58,242 bases of DNA from Candidatus Levybacteria bacterium GW2011_GWA1_37_16 (GTDB taxonomy: Bacteria; Patescibacteriota; Microgenomatia; Levybacterales; UBA12049), in assembly GCA_943354875.1 (NCBI GenBank), contig CALRDJ010000001.1:1-58242 (forward strand), in the 5' to 3' direction. The position numbers and the translations under genes were made by a program. The notes under the pieces were generated by a model. That model made no database searches, had not been told where the DNA came from, and saw nothing but the letters and a program-made list of their open reading frames with translations. Positions 9,253-17,742 of this stretch are shown here, piece after piece; position 1 is the stretch's first letter; each line of letters opens with the position of its first letter.

Positions 9253-10370
9253 ATCGACCCTCCTACCATATCACGTAGGACATCCAATGTTTTCTTCGCA
9301 CTTTTTTCCCAAGAAAATTTCAAGATCTGTTTCTTTCCTGCTTCTATTAATTTTTTTCTAAGGCTGTCGTTATCGAGAATCTCCTGCATTTTTTCTGATA
9401 TGTCAGCTACATCAAGAGGGTTTACATACAATGCTGCATCTCCACCAACCTCTGGAAGACTCGACACATTACTTGTGATCACTGGACACCCATATTTCAT
9501 GGCTTCAAGTATCGGAAGTCCAAAACCTTCATACAGACTTGGCAGTATAAAAAACTGCGCATGACTATATAAGCTGGGTAAATCTTCATCGAGGACGAAA
9601 TCCAAAAACTTTACTCTGCCTGAAACTCCGTAGACAGCAGGAGCATGCAAAATCTCCTCATACAACCATCCCTTTTTCCCCACTATTACTAGCTCTAGGG
9701 ATTTTTTCGATTTCAACTGAGAAAATGCTTCTATGAGTCTTACAATATTTTTTCGAGGCTGGAGAGTACTTACAAATAAGATATATGGAGACGAAACACC
9801 GAATTTTTTATCTAATCCACTCATCGTATATTTTTTTATCCCTGAACTAGGAATCCCCTTAATTCCAGGATACGCCACCACTACTCTTTCGGAGGGCACT
9901 TTGTACCACTTAATTATATCATTTTTAGAGGCATCGCTTATAGTAAATATCTTCCTTGCATTTCGAACTGAATATGCAGTCCAGTTCTTTAGTTGATAGA
10001 GATCTGCGGCTTTAAAAAGCTCAGGAAAGTATAAATAAGAAAGATCCATTACAGAAATCACCGACGGAACAGGACAAAATCTAGGAGCGTAATGCGTAGG
10101 AGTAAAAAAAACATCAGGACGAGGAGAGTGAGTAAATAAGTCAAAGGGTAGTCCTATTTGTGTCCATAATTTTTTAGGTCCGACAATCCTATATTTCCAA
10201 TTCTCTGACTCTACGGGCATACTCGCTAATGGAGGATTTTTCAAATATATTTGGAATTTGATATTTGATAGTGGAAATTCTTTGAATTGCCTCAATAATT
10301 CAAAGTTATATTCTCCTATTCCCACTCTTTTTTCCACATTTGCTTCGTTTCCATCTATTCCTATAATCAT
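9249..10370 (-). CDS. GT4-family glycosyltransferase (full length)
   Basis: N-terminus MIIGIDGNEA. Interdomain VVVAYPGIKG. E-x7-E motif YEGFGLPILEAMKYGCPVITS. Confidence 0.85.
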   Translation of the reverse strand: MIIGIDGNEANVEKRVGIGEYNFELLRQFKEFPLSNIKFQIYLKNPPLASMPVESENWKYRIVGPKKLWTQIGLPFDLFTHSPRPDVFFTPTHYAPRFCPVPSVISVMDLSYLYFPELFKAADLYQLKNWTAYSVRNARKIFTISDASKNDIIKWYKVPSERVVVAYPGIKGIPSSGIKKYTMSGLDKKFGVSSPYILFVSTLQPRKNIVRLIEAFSQLKSKKSLELVIVGKKGWLYEEILHAPAVYGVSGRVKFLDFVLDEDLPSLYSHAQFFILPSLYEGFGLPILEAMKYGCPVITSNVSSLPEVGGDAALYVNPLDVADISEKMQEILDNDSLRKKLIEAGKKQILKFSWEKSAKKTLDVLRDMVGGSI

Positions 10371-10918
10371 ATGCCTACCCCCGGATAAATAACCGATAGA
10401 CGATCTGCGTCAATTTTTAACAACTCTTGCGCGTCTTTTCGTGATGATTCGGAAATACAAAAAACCATATGTGATTCCTTCTTTACCCATTTTAATTTTC
10501 TTTTCTGCACATCTACGATCTTCTTGTCTGTTTCTTCTGGATATTTATAAACAATAAGGTCATAAAGGACGGTAGCCTTTCTTGCAGAACTTGGTGGCTC
10601 AGTCCAATCGGATGTAATAAAAACATCAACATTTCCGATGAACCATTCTATCGGAAAGATATGTAGTCTGTTCCAGAGCAAATCAAGCAATGTTGGTGGA
10701 AATTTAAACTTTTTAATTATCACATTTTTATTTGAAATTGGTCCCGATTCAGTCGGAATGAAATTGGACATTTGAAACCCACCTCTCATCGATGAAAAAA
10801 ACAACACATATTCATTCTTTTTATCATTTGCAATCAGATATTCAACCAGATTTTTTAAATAATTTGCAACCCCTGTATTCGGATATGCTAATTGACTTAT
10901 GTCTATTCCTATTTTCAT
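10367..10918 (-). CDS. Stand-alone GT4 N-terminal (acceptor) domain; donor domain missing (split enzyme or gene remnant)
   Basis: MKIGIDISQLAYPNTGVANYL aligns with the N-domains of 22..1137 and 9249..10370. The ORF stops at the interdomain motif SVIYPGVGI. Start moved to ATG 10918 on homology to the paralog N-termini. Confidence 0.6.
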   Translation of the reverse strand: MKIGIDISQLAYPNTGVANYLKNLVEYLIANDKKNEYVLFFSSMRGGFQMSNFIPTESGPISNKNVIIKKFKFPPTLLDLLWNRLHIFPIEWFIGNVDVFITSDWTEPPSSARKATVLYDLIVYKYPEETDKKIVDVQKRKLKWVKKESHMVFCISESSRKDAQELLKIDADRLSVIYPGVGI

Positions 10919-10922
10919 ATAA

Positions 10923-11549
10923 TTAATCTTTTGGAGTAATGAATTCTTTTGACAAAATACTGCCATACTCATCTATATTCAATTTCCATGCATGCCCTTT
11001 AGGCAAGTAGCCTGGAATTTCATCTATATCTGCTCTCGTCATCAGAGGAATTTGAGTTCCAGGATTTTCCAGCTTAAACATGAGGAAAAATATCGGATCT
11101 CCATGACTTACGAGCGCTGTAGTAGGACTCTGCGCAACTGCATTTTTAAAAACCTCCATCATTCTTCTTCCTATATCTTCACGCGATTCATTTCCAAGCT
11201 TTACAAACTCTTCACTATACTCATCGGTATTTTTTTTATATAAGTCTTTCAGAAAACTCATCTTTTTTCCTTCTACTGCAGGCACACAAGAATCTTTTAA
11301 GTCTGGCTCTTCTTCTATGCCAGAGATGCTCCATTCCTTAGCTAGAATCATCGCTGAATCGACAGCTCGCTCAAGTGGACTGGAGATAATTTTCTCAGGA
11401 ACTTCTCCTTTTTCATGTATTTTAATAGCTAAGCTTTTCAACTGAGCTCTTCCTTCATCTGTTAAATGCATTACTATCCCACTCCCATACACAATATCAT
11501 CGGGATTATGAATTTTCCCATGCCTGATTAAATAAATAGTTTTATTCAT
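10923..11549 (-). CDS. Histidine phosphatase superfamily protein (phosphoglycerate-mutase-like branch)
   Basis: N-terminal catalytic RHG motif IYLIRHGK. Second catalytic His in LVSHGDPI. Confidence 0.75.
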   Translation of the reverse strand: MNKTIYLIRHGKIHNPDDIVYGSGIVMHLTDEGRAQLKSLAIKIHEKGEVPEKIISSPLERAVDSAMILAKEWSISGIEEEPDLKDSCVPAVEGKKMSFLKDLYKKNTDEYSEEFVKLGNESREDIGRRMMEVFKNAVAQSPTTALVSHGDPIFFLMFKLENPGTQIPLMTRADIDEIPGYLPKGHAWKLNIDEYGSILSKEFITPKD

Positions 11550-11760
11550 GTTTTTTATCTCTATATTGGAGAAAAATGGCTATAAGAAAGAACCCTACTG
11601 CGTACCAGGTAAGTCGTTCTGCAGTAAAAAATACCCATTCAGAAAAAAGCGGGATTGAAAGAAGAAGACAGGCACTTCCGAATATCACAGCAATCCTACT
11701 ACTTTTTTTATACATAACCATGACCACAAAAAATAAGAAAACGATGTCTTGAGGTTTCAT
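11542..11760 (-). CDS. Small hydrophobic membrane protein, function unknown
   Basis: ORF 11542..11820. ATG 11760 (MKPQDIVFLFFVV) is preferred because the 11761..11822 stretch carries a good promoter for the divergent gene. Roughly three hydrophobic segments. Confidence 0.45.
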   Translation of the reverse strand: MKPQDIVFLFFVVMVMYKKSSRIAVIFGSACLLLSIPLFSEWVFFTAERLTWYAVGFFLIAIFLQYRDKKHE

Positions 11761-11761
11761 A

Positions 11762-11790
11762 TTTACAATACTACCCAACCTACCTATAAT
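11762..11790 (+). promoter_or_regulatory. Sigma-70-type promoter candidate for methyltransferase gene 11823
   Basis: TTTACA (11762..11767), exactly 17 nt of spacer, then TATAAT (11785..11790). Lies 32 nt upstream of ATG 11823. Confidence 0.5.
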
Positions 11791-11822
11791 GCGTAGGTGG
11801 ATAAAAGCATCATATAGCATAG

Positions 11823-12443
11823 ATGAGTGAAATTCAACATTCGACCAACCTACTGAAACACACGAGCCAAAACATAGTACAAAAGACTCTTTTGAGACTT
11901 TTTTATAAAGACCTTTTATCGCTCGTTCGCCCTATAAGCTCACTTTCTATCTTGGATGTTGGAGCAGGTGAAGGGTTTACCCTAAAAAAACTAGACGATG
12001 CAGGATTGGGTAGAAAACTAGAAGGAATCGATGAATCTAGCCACGCCCTTAAAGCAGGAAAAAAACTATTTCCAAAACTAACTCTTAAAAAAGGGGATAT
12101 CTATAAACTCCCATATAACGATAATTCATTCGATTTGGTTATCTGCAATGAGGTCCTAGAACACCTAGAACATCCCAAGAGGGGACTAAAAGAGGTGATG
12201 AGAGTTACGAAAAAATATGCAATTTTTTCAGTTCCTCACGAACCATTTTTTACCTTTGGCAATTTCCTGCGAGGAAGAGGTATCAAAAGCTGGAACAAAA
12301 AAATTGGCCATATAAACTTTTGGACATTTTTTTCCTTTCAAAACCTTTTAAAAAAACAGGGAGTAAGAGTTATTCAGATAAAAATTCCTTTTACATGGAT
12401 CTTGGTACTGGTAGAAAAACCTAATAAAAAGTATAAAAAGTAA
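11823..12443 (+). CDS. Class I SAM-dependent methyltransferase
   Basis: Motif I ILDVGAGEGF. Post-I acidic residue in EGIDES. Motif DLVICNEVLEHLEHP (Methyltransf_11-like). Confidence 0.85.
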   Translation: MSEIQHSTNLLKHTSQNIVQKTLLRLFYKDLLSLVRPISSLSILDVGAGEGFTLKKLDDAGLGRKLEGIDESSHALKAGKKLFPKLTLKKGDIYKLPYNDNSFDLVICNEVLEHLEHPKRGLKEVMRVTKKYAIFSVPHEPFFTFGNFLRGRGIKSWNKKIGHINFWTFFSFQNLLKKQGVRVIQIKIPFTWILVLVEKPNKKYKK

Positions 12444-14034
12444 TTTTTTTTCTTCCCTCACCGATAACTTCTTTATATAAGAATGGCAACGCATCCAGTT
12501 CTTTTTCAAATACATCTCGTTCTTTCTGACTGTATACCCTATCGTTTAAGAAAAACTCTCCATCTATGTCGTATGGTATGACCACGTATCCCACAGACTC
12601 ATCAGATAACAATTTTCTCCCGCCACTACTTTCCAACTGAGCAGAAAGCGAACTCGGAGGAAGAATACCGAATATGTCTTGACTATTAACACTGGGGTAA
12701 GATTTAGAGTAAAAACCAAACCGCTGACGAGCTGGAACCCAGAGAACTGTTTTTTTTTGAGAACCTGACTCAATCTTTTGCTGCAACAACATATATTCCT
12801 TCGGCACATCCCGTGGCCGAAAAGTGCCTTGTAGGTGCGAAAAAACAGCAAAATATATAGTACATAACCAGTAGGTCGCAAATACTACTGAAAAAATAAA
12901 TACCATATTTTCATATTTTGTCTTGTTTTCAAGCCAGCTACTTATTGTCAACAGTCCTAAGGGAACTAATAGCATGTATGTAATTACCATAAGTAAATAA
13001 AACTTGGTAGGATCACGAAATAATAAAAATCCCGGAATCAATGCGAAAATATCGTATACGAAACCGAAAGGTTCATTTGTTCCTTTGCTTAAAAATATAC
13101 CTATTATAGCTATGATAAACAGCCCAAGTACTTCTTTTTTATATCGCGTCATCATCAGACTACTAAAGACTAAGAGCGGTAAGAGAAGAAATTCAGGACG
13201 CATGAAATAAATTTTTCCGAATATATTTTCTGGCCAATTCGGATGTAGTAGTCCGAGTGTGTTAGAAAATGTAGCAAAACTTAAAAAGCCTACAGTAACT
13301 GCGGACTTAGCATCCTGGTATTTCCCACCAAATGTGGCGAGGTTAGGAATTATCCAAAAAAGATTAGAACCAATAACGATAAGCTGTACTATGAACAATA
13401 AACGAAATCTCCGACCCACATCTCTTATTCCAAAACCAATACTCCACCATAGTAAGAAAATAATCAGAGTTAAAATATATGTACGCGGTTCAAGCATACA
13501 TTGCAGCCCACTAATGAGGCCTATACCAAGAATTCTCTTCGGTGAAATAACTGATGAAGTCCAAACAAATGAAGATAAGAGTAGATACAATACGAGAGGG
13601 GAAAACGCGTAAGCCATAGCTATCCCCATCTGCCCTCCTCCTGCGATCATAAGAATATATGTATTAGTGGTGAAGATGAGAACTGAGAGCGCACTAACGA
13701 AATTCAGAAATTCTTTATCTATGTATCGTTTAAAAAACGCTTGAGCGAAAATCCATGATGAAAAAACAGAAACTACTAAGAATGGGTAAAACCAAAATAT
13801 TTTCTCGACGACATTCCATGGTAAACCTATTATTTCTACTCCTAACTTTGCTGTCAGTTGATAGTATGCTTCCAGCCATATAAATGGAGGAGTCGGAAAC
13901 CAACCAAACTCTCTTATGTTTTCTGTAAATAGATATGGCCAGTCTCCACCAGAAAGTGTTTTAGTTAACTGGATCCAAGGTAGGTATATGACGACCAAGA
14001 TTCCGAAGACAATAACAGTTAATAACCTCATCAT
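12421..14034 (-). CDS. Polytopic membrane protein, probable GT-C-like glycosyltransferase
   Basis: 537 aa with many hydrophobic segments. First-loop motif LSGGDWPYLF. Soluble C-terminal region of about 110 aa. Translationally coupled to the upstream small membrane protein. Confidence 0.45.
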   Translation of the reverse strand: MMRLLTVIVFGILVVIYLPWIQLTKTLSGGDWPYLFTENIREFGWFPTPPFIWLEAYYQLTAKLGVEIIGLPWNVVEKIFWFYPFLVVSVFSSWIFAQAFFKRYIDKEFLNFVSALSVLIFTTNTYILMIAGGGQMGIAMAYAFSPLVLYLLLSSFVWTSSVISPKRILGIGLISGLQCMLEPRTYILTLIIFLLWWSIGFGIRDVGRRFRLLFIVQLIVIGSNLFWIIPNLATFGGKYQDAKSAVTVGFLSFATFSNTLGLLHPNWPENIFGKIYFMRPEFLLLPLLVFSSLMMTRYKKEVLGLFIIAIIGIFLSKGTNEPFGFVYDIFALIPGFLLFRDPTKFYLLMVITYMLLVPLGLLTISSWLENKTKYENMVFIFSVVFATYWLCTIYFAVFSHLQGTFRPRDVPKEYMLLQQKIESGSQKKTVLWVPARQRFGFYSKSYPSVNSQDIFGILPPSSLSAQLESSGGRKLLSDESVGYVVIPYDIDGEFFLNDRVYSQKERDVFEKELDALPFLYKEVIGEGRKKITFYTFY

Positions 14035-14384
14035 TTAAATTGAGAAATATATTCCTGCAAGTATCGAAAACCGATAAGCACCAAGATCATATAAAGTATC
14101 TCCCCAAAGGGCTCTGCAAGTGATTCAACACGTAGTAAGGAGAGGGCGCAGGCACAAAACAACGTAAAAATTCCGATGCCAACCAATGTTCGTATTGATG
14201 GTGGAAATAAAACAAACCAGAGAAAAAATAATATGAAAAAACTAATAAGCGGCCCAAAAATCAGATTAAGAAAAGGTACATAAATAAAGAGCATGCCAAA
14301 TACAACTGCTAGAAGAAATATCAGAACTACTTTTCCCAAATTTTCGTTATACCAATTCCTAAACAGGAAGAACTTATTACTCAT
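14031..14384 (-). CDS. Small four-TM membrane protein, function unknown (candidate lipid-linked sugar flippase by size and topology only)
   Basis: 117 aa with four hydrophobic segments. Wedged between two large GT-C-like genes with a 1-nt gap and a 4-nt overlap. No recognisable motif. Confidence 0.5.
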   Translation of the reverse strand: MSNKFFLFRNWYNENLGKVVLIFLLAVVFGMLFIYVPFLNLIFGPLISFFILFFLWFVLFPPSIRTLVGIGIFTLFCACALSLLRVESLAEPFGEILYMILVLIGFRYLQEYISQFK

Positions 14385-14385
14385 A

Positions 14386-17300
14386 TTATAGTCGTTTATA
14401 AATCCACGCTCCGGCCACTAAGGATAGTATGGTTACTATAAGTCCCGCAAAAAAGTATCGCTGCGGTGAATACCAGAGATCTATATCTAGGGATTTTTGC
14501 GACGAGTCTATATACCAAACGTTTGCAAATTTATTTCCTAACAAGTGCTCACCCACACTTGACTTCCACCCAGATGAAAAATGTTTACTAAAAACGAGAT
14601 AAAACGGCCCATTAATATTTGACACGTGTACTGAATATTGTGTTTGATTTTTTTCTACGAAGGAGATAGAAGGCGCCTGGCTAGATACGATATTATTTTT
14701 CTTTGATAAAACTATAGCAGGAGTTGTGAGCTCTACCAGACTAAGATCTGAAATATTTTCCTGAAATAGCGTCTCATTCAGTGTGTCTGCGCAGAATGCA
14801 ACTCTTAAGATGCGAGAGTTCCTTTGGAGTGAAATTTTATTAGTAGATATGATAATCCTATTCATATTAACTTGGTCTCTTGAGATAGGAAAAAATGTTT
14901 TATGAACAGGAGAGTATGTATTTCCATTATCTATAAATAGATAAAAGCTCGGGTCGAAATTATTTCTAGACTGAAAACGCAGGCTATATTTTTTTAGAGA
15001 TGAAAAGTCATCGAACACATAGGATTTACAGGTTTTTCCAGCCAGTTGCTCTATGGTACCCTGAGGTAATAAATTCTTCTGATTCGGACCACGAAGAATT
15101 AGAGAGTGAAGACCTTTCGTAAGATTAATTGAACCGAAGTTAATATAGTCTCCTTCTACTTTTGCACTAAAACTAGCAAGCTGATTATCGATGCTAAGCG
15201 ATATTGCGCTTAAGTCTGGATTAACCAACTCTCCCATGGTACTTTTTTTTATTTTCAATAAATAAGGAGAAGAATCGGGAGACGTATATGTGTATCTTTT
15301 CGTAGTCGTTATATCATCGTCAGGGAAATGATTCTTAATCTGATCATTCACCCTATTTAACTCCTGAACAACTCCCTCAAGCATAACAAATATACTTCTT
15401 CTCTCTGCACGAGTAGCTATAAGCGCATTAAAAAATCTATCTTCAGCCAAGAGGTACTGCTGAATAGTAAAGAATGTTCTATAAGGATCTGATGATTTCG
15501 CGATAACGAGAGGAATTTTTTTGGAAATAACACCGAGATCAGATACAAGCAGATCTCTAGCTTGGGCTATGTATTCTTCCCCTTTATTTTCTATAAGAAG
15601 TTCATTTATTTGACCACTCATTTGAAGGGTGTGTCCGAGCAAATCTCCTATCTCCCCATCTATCGATTGATTTGAAGGCCTTGAAAGCCGATAGCTAAGC
15701 TCTAGTAGCTGAAATAATGTAGAGTCTATGAATATTCTCGGTTTTGGAATATGAAGAGATAAATCCTCTTTTTCTAAAGTACAGTTCAAACAATGTGGTT
15801 GTATAACAACGTCTGATATGCTTGACGGATTAACCTGCTTGTTAAATGACAAAGGATTATTGTCTATGAGGAGGTTCTCAATAGTAGCCGAACCCAGTGA
15901 CCATATCGCATTTGTTTTCGTAAAAATAATTGGATTTTCCTGATGCTCATATAGTACCCACTCTCCAAAGTCTTTTACTTTCTTAACCTTCGAATTTTGC
16001 ACCATATCTTCCTCTACTTTTCTAGGATCGTCTGTTTCTTGATCTAAGTAATTAAAGTAAAAATCTTTCCTTACTAATAAATATTTAATGCCTAATACTT
16101 GCAAGAGCGTGTCAGTTGTAGAAAAATCCTTATTGTTTATAGCTATATATAAGTTATCCACCAAAGCTTTTTCGTCCGAAGATAAAATGTTTACATTCTC
16201 AACTGTATTTTTATTCGAAAAATTTCCCAAAATCGGGGAGGTGCTCATGTATCTCCAGTTATACTGTTCAAATGCCCATACCTCATTTAACCTTGGAAGC
16301 AATAATACTCTACTACTTCCTCCGTTTTTATCCCACCACTCAGAGAAATCTTTTACATATTTCGGTAGATTAACTCTCGTTCCTACGGGTGCCGCGTCCA
16401 CTCTGAATATATCGCCAGTAAAGTAAGGAAAGTGATATGCTGCTAACAGTGTCATTACTGAACAGGTCAACAATATTCCTATTATTACCCGTAGCGAAAC
16501 AATATGTATTCTTTTTACGACAAACTGTACAAATTCTCCCAAAACAAGTGCTAATAGAAATCCCCCAGCGAACCAATACGCATATCCGAACTTAAAAAAA
16601 GCAGAGCGAAAGACAGCAAATCCAGGCACAGCTCTCATCAGTAATTCGAAGAAAAAACCAAGAGGTCTATGGATTCCTGATGTAAAAAATAATGAAACTA
16701 ATAAAAGAAATAGGAAGAATAATTTTATTTTCCTGTCTTGCTTACGAAGGAGCGTAATTAGTAATAATACAGGGAATAAGTAACTCGTTACTATGAATAC
16801 TGGATCTGAAATATAGGTTGCGGCATATGGATGATTCGCCCCACTATTATACCAATCAGGAATTCCCTGAAAACGAAATAAATTCAAGTAGCTCACATCA
16901 CGACTTATGTATTTCGTCCATTCGATAACACCACTAATCCCTCCCGCACCTTGCACAATTGAGTCGTATTCTCGAAGAGTAGTGAGAAGAAAAGGAATGA
17001 GCGAATAAGCTATAAATAGTGCATAAAATAACACAGATGCTCCTGCATACACTATGAGCGAAACGATATCTCTGTAATTACGCCTAAGGTAAAACGTAAA
17101 TCCACAAAATAGTAGGAAACATGATAACGATACCAGTAATCCTCCATAGAGTGGCATACCCACCCAACCCCCACCATTAAAAATAAAGAGAGTGAAGGCG
17201 GTGAGCAAAGATGATCTTATGATGGTCTTTCTCGATAAGTTTCCCTCTATAAACGGGAAAATAATAGCCAGAATGAGTGGCAAAGCCACTACAAGCGAAA

Positions 17301-17742
17301 ATTTCGTGCGCTCTGCTGCCCACCAGCCCTGTAATATATAAAAATTGAATGTGTATAAAATCGGGAAAAAATATTTCGCATATTTGTTGCTCACATACCC
17401 GAGTTTTTCTACTTTAGAAATGAAAATGAATGCTGAAAAAAGCATAGCAAAGAACCAAAACGAAAAAGTAAGCTTCTGTGCAAGCTGAGGATCTCCTCCC
17501 AACAACAAGACGATGGAATCAATAAAGTGAATGATGATGCTTCCTTGAATACCAGATTGATCCATGTCAAACCCACCTACGGTAGTCCATGAGTACATAC
17601 GATCAATTAAAAATGCTGGTGCCTTCAATGGAAATACAACATCATATCCAAGTATTAACTGATTTCCAGATAGCCATAAAAACGGAACGAAAGAGAAAAG
17701 AAGCAGAAATAGTACGAGAAAATGTTTCGCAAGTATTTTCAT
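14386..17742 (-). CDS. Giant GT-C membrane glycosyltransferase, AftD/DUF3367-like, with large extracytoplasmic domain and C-terminal TM anchor
   Basis: N-terminal pattern LILGYDVVFPLKAPAFLIDRMYSWTTVGGFDMDQSGIQGS...GGDPQLAQKL resembles my recollection of the AftD-family signature (DTK.DL..P..FL.R...W....G). About 650 aa of soluble region, then a final TM helix YFFAGLIVTILSLVAGAWIY. Start set to ATG 17742, with AAAGGGGG upstream and a TAATG overlap with the upstream stop. Confidence 0.5.
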   Translation of the reverse strand: MKILAKHFLVLFLLLFSFVPFLWLSGNQLILGYDVVFPLKAPAFLIDRMYSWTTVGGFDMDQSGIQGSIIIHFIDSIVLLLGGDPQLAQKLTFSFWFFAMLFSAFIFISKVEKLGYVSNKYAKYFFPILYTFNFYILQGWWAAERTKFSLVVALPLILAIIFPFIEGNLSRKTIIRSSLLTAFTLFIFNGGGWVGMPLYGGLLVSLSCFLLFCGFTFYLRRNYRDIVSLIVYAGASVLFYALFIAYSLIPFLLTTLREYDSIVQGAGGISGVIEWTKYISRDVSYLNLFRFQGIPDWYNSGANHPYAATYISDPVFIVTSYLFPVLLLITLLRKQDRKIKLFFLFLLLVSLFFTSGIHRPLGFFFELLMRAVPGFAVFRSAFFKFGYAYWFAGGFLLALVLGEFVQFVVKRIHIVSLRVIIGILLTCSVMTLLAAYHFPYFTGDIFRVDAAPVGTRVNLPKYVKDFSEWWDKNGGSSRVLLLPRLNEVWAFEQYNWRYMSTSPILGNFSNKNTVENVNILSSDEKALVDNLYIAINNKDFSTTDTLLQVLGIKYLLVRKDFYFNYLDQETDDPRKVEEDMVQNSKVKKVKDFGEWVLYEHQENPIIFTKTNAIWSLGSATIENLLIDNNPLSFNKQVNPSSISDVVIQPHCLNCTLEKEDLSLHIPKPRIFIDSTLFQLLELSYRLSRPSNQSIDGEIGDLLGHTLQMSGQINELLIENKGEEYIAQARDLLVSDLGVISKKIPLVIAKSSDPYRTFFTIQQYLLAEDRFFNALIATRAERRSIFVMLEGVVQELNRVNDQIKNHFPDDDITTTKRYTYTSPDSSPYLLKIKKSTMGELVNPDLSAISLSIDNQLASFSAKVEGDYINFGSINLTKGLHSLILRGPNQKNLLPQGTIEQLAGKTCKSYVFDDFSSLKKYSLRFQSRNNFDPSFYLFIDNGNTYSPVHKTFFPISRDQVNMNRIIISTNKISLQRNSRILRVAFCADTLNETLFQENISDLSLVELTTPAIVLSKKNNIVSSQAPSISFVEKNQTQYSVHVSNINGPFYLVFSKHFSSGWKSSVGEHLLGNKFANVWYIDSSQKSLDIDLWYSPQRYFFAGLIVTILSLVAGAWIYKRL

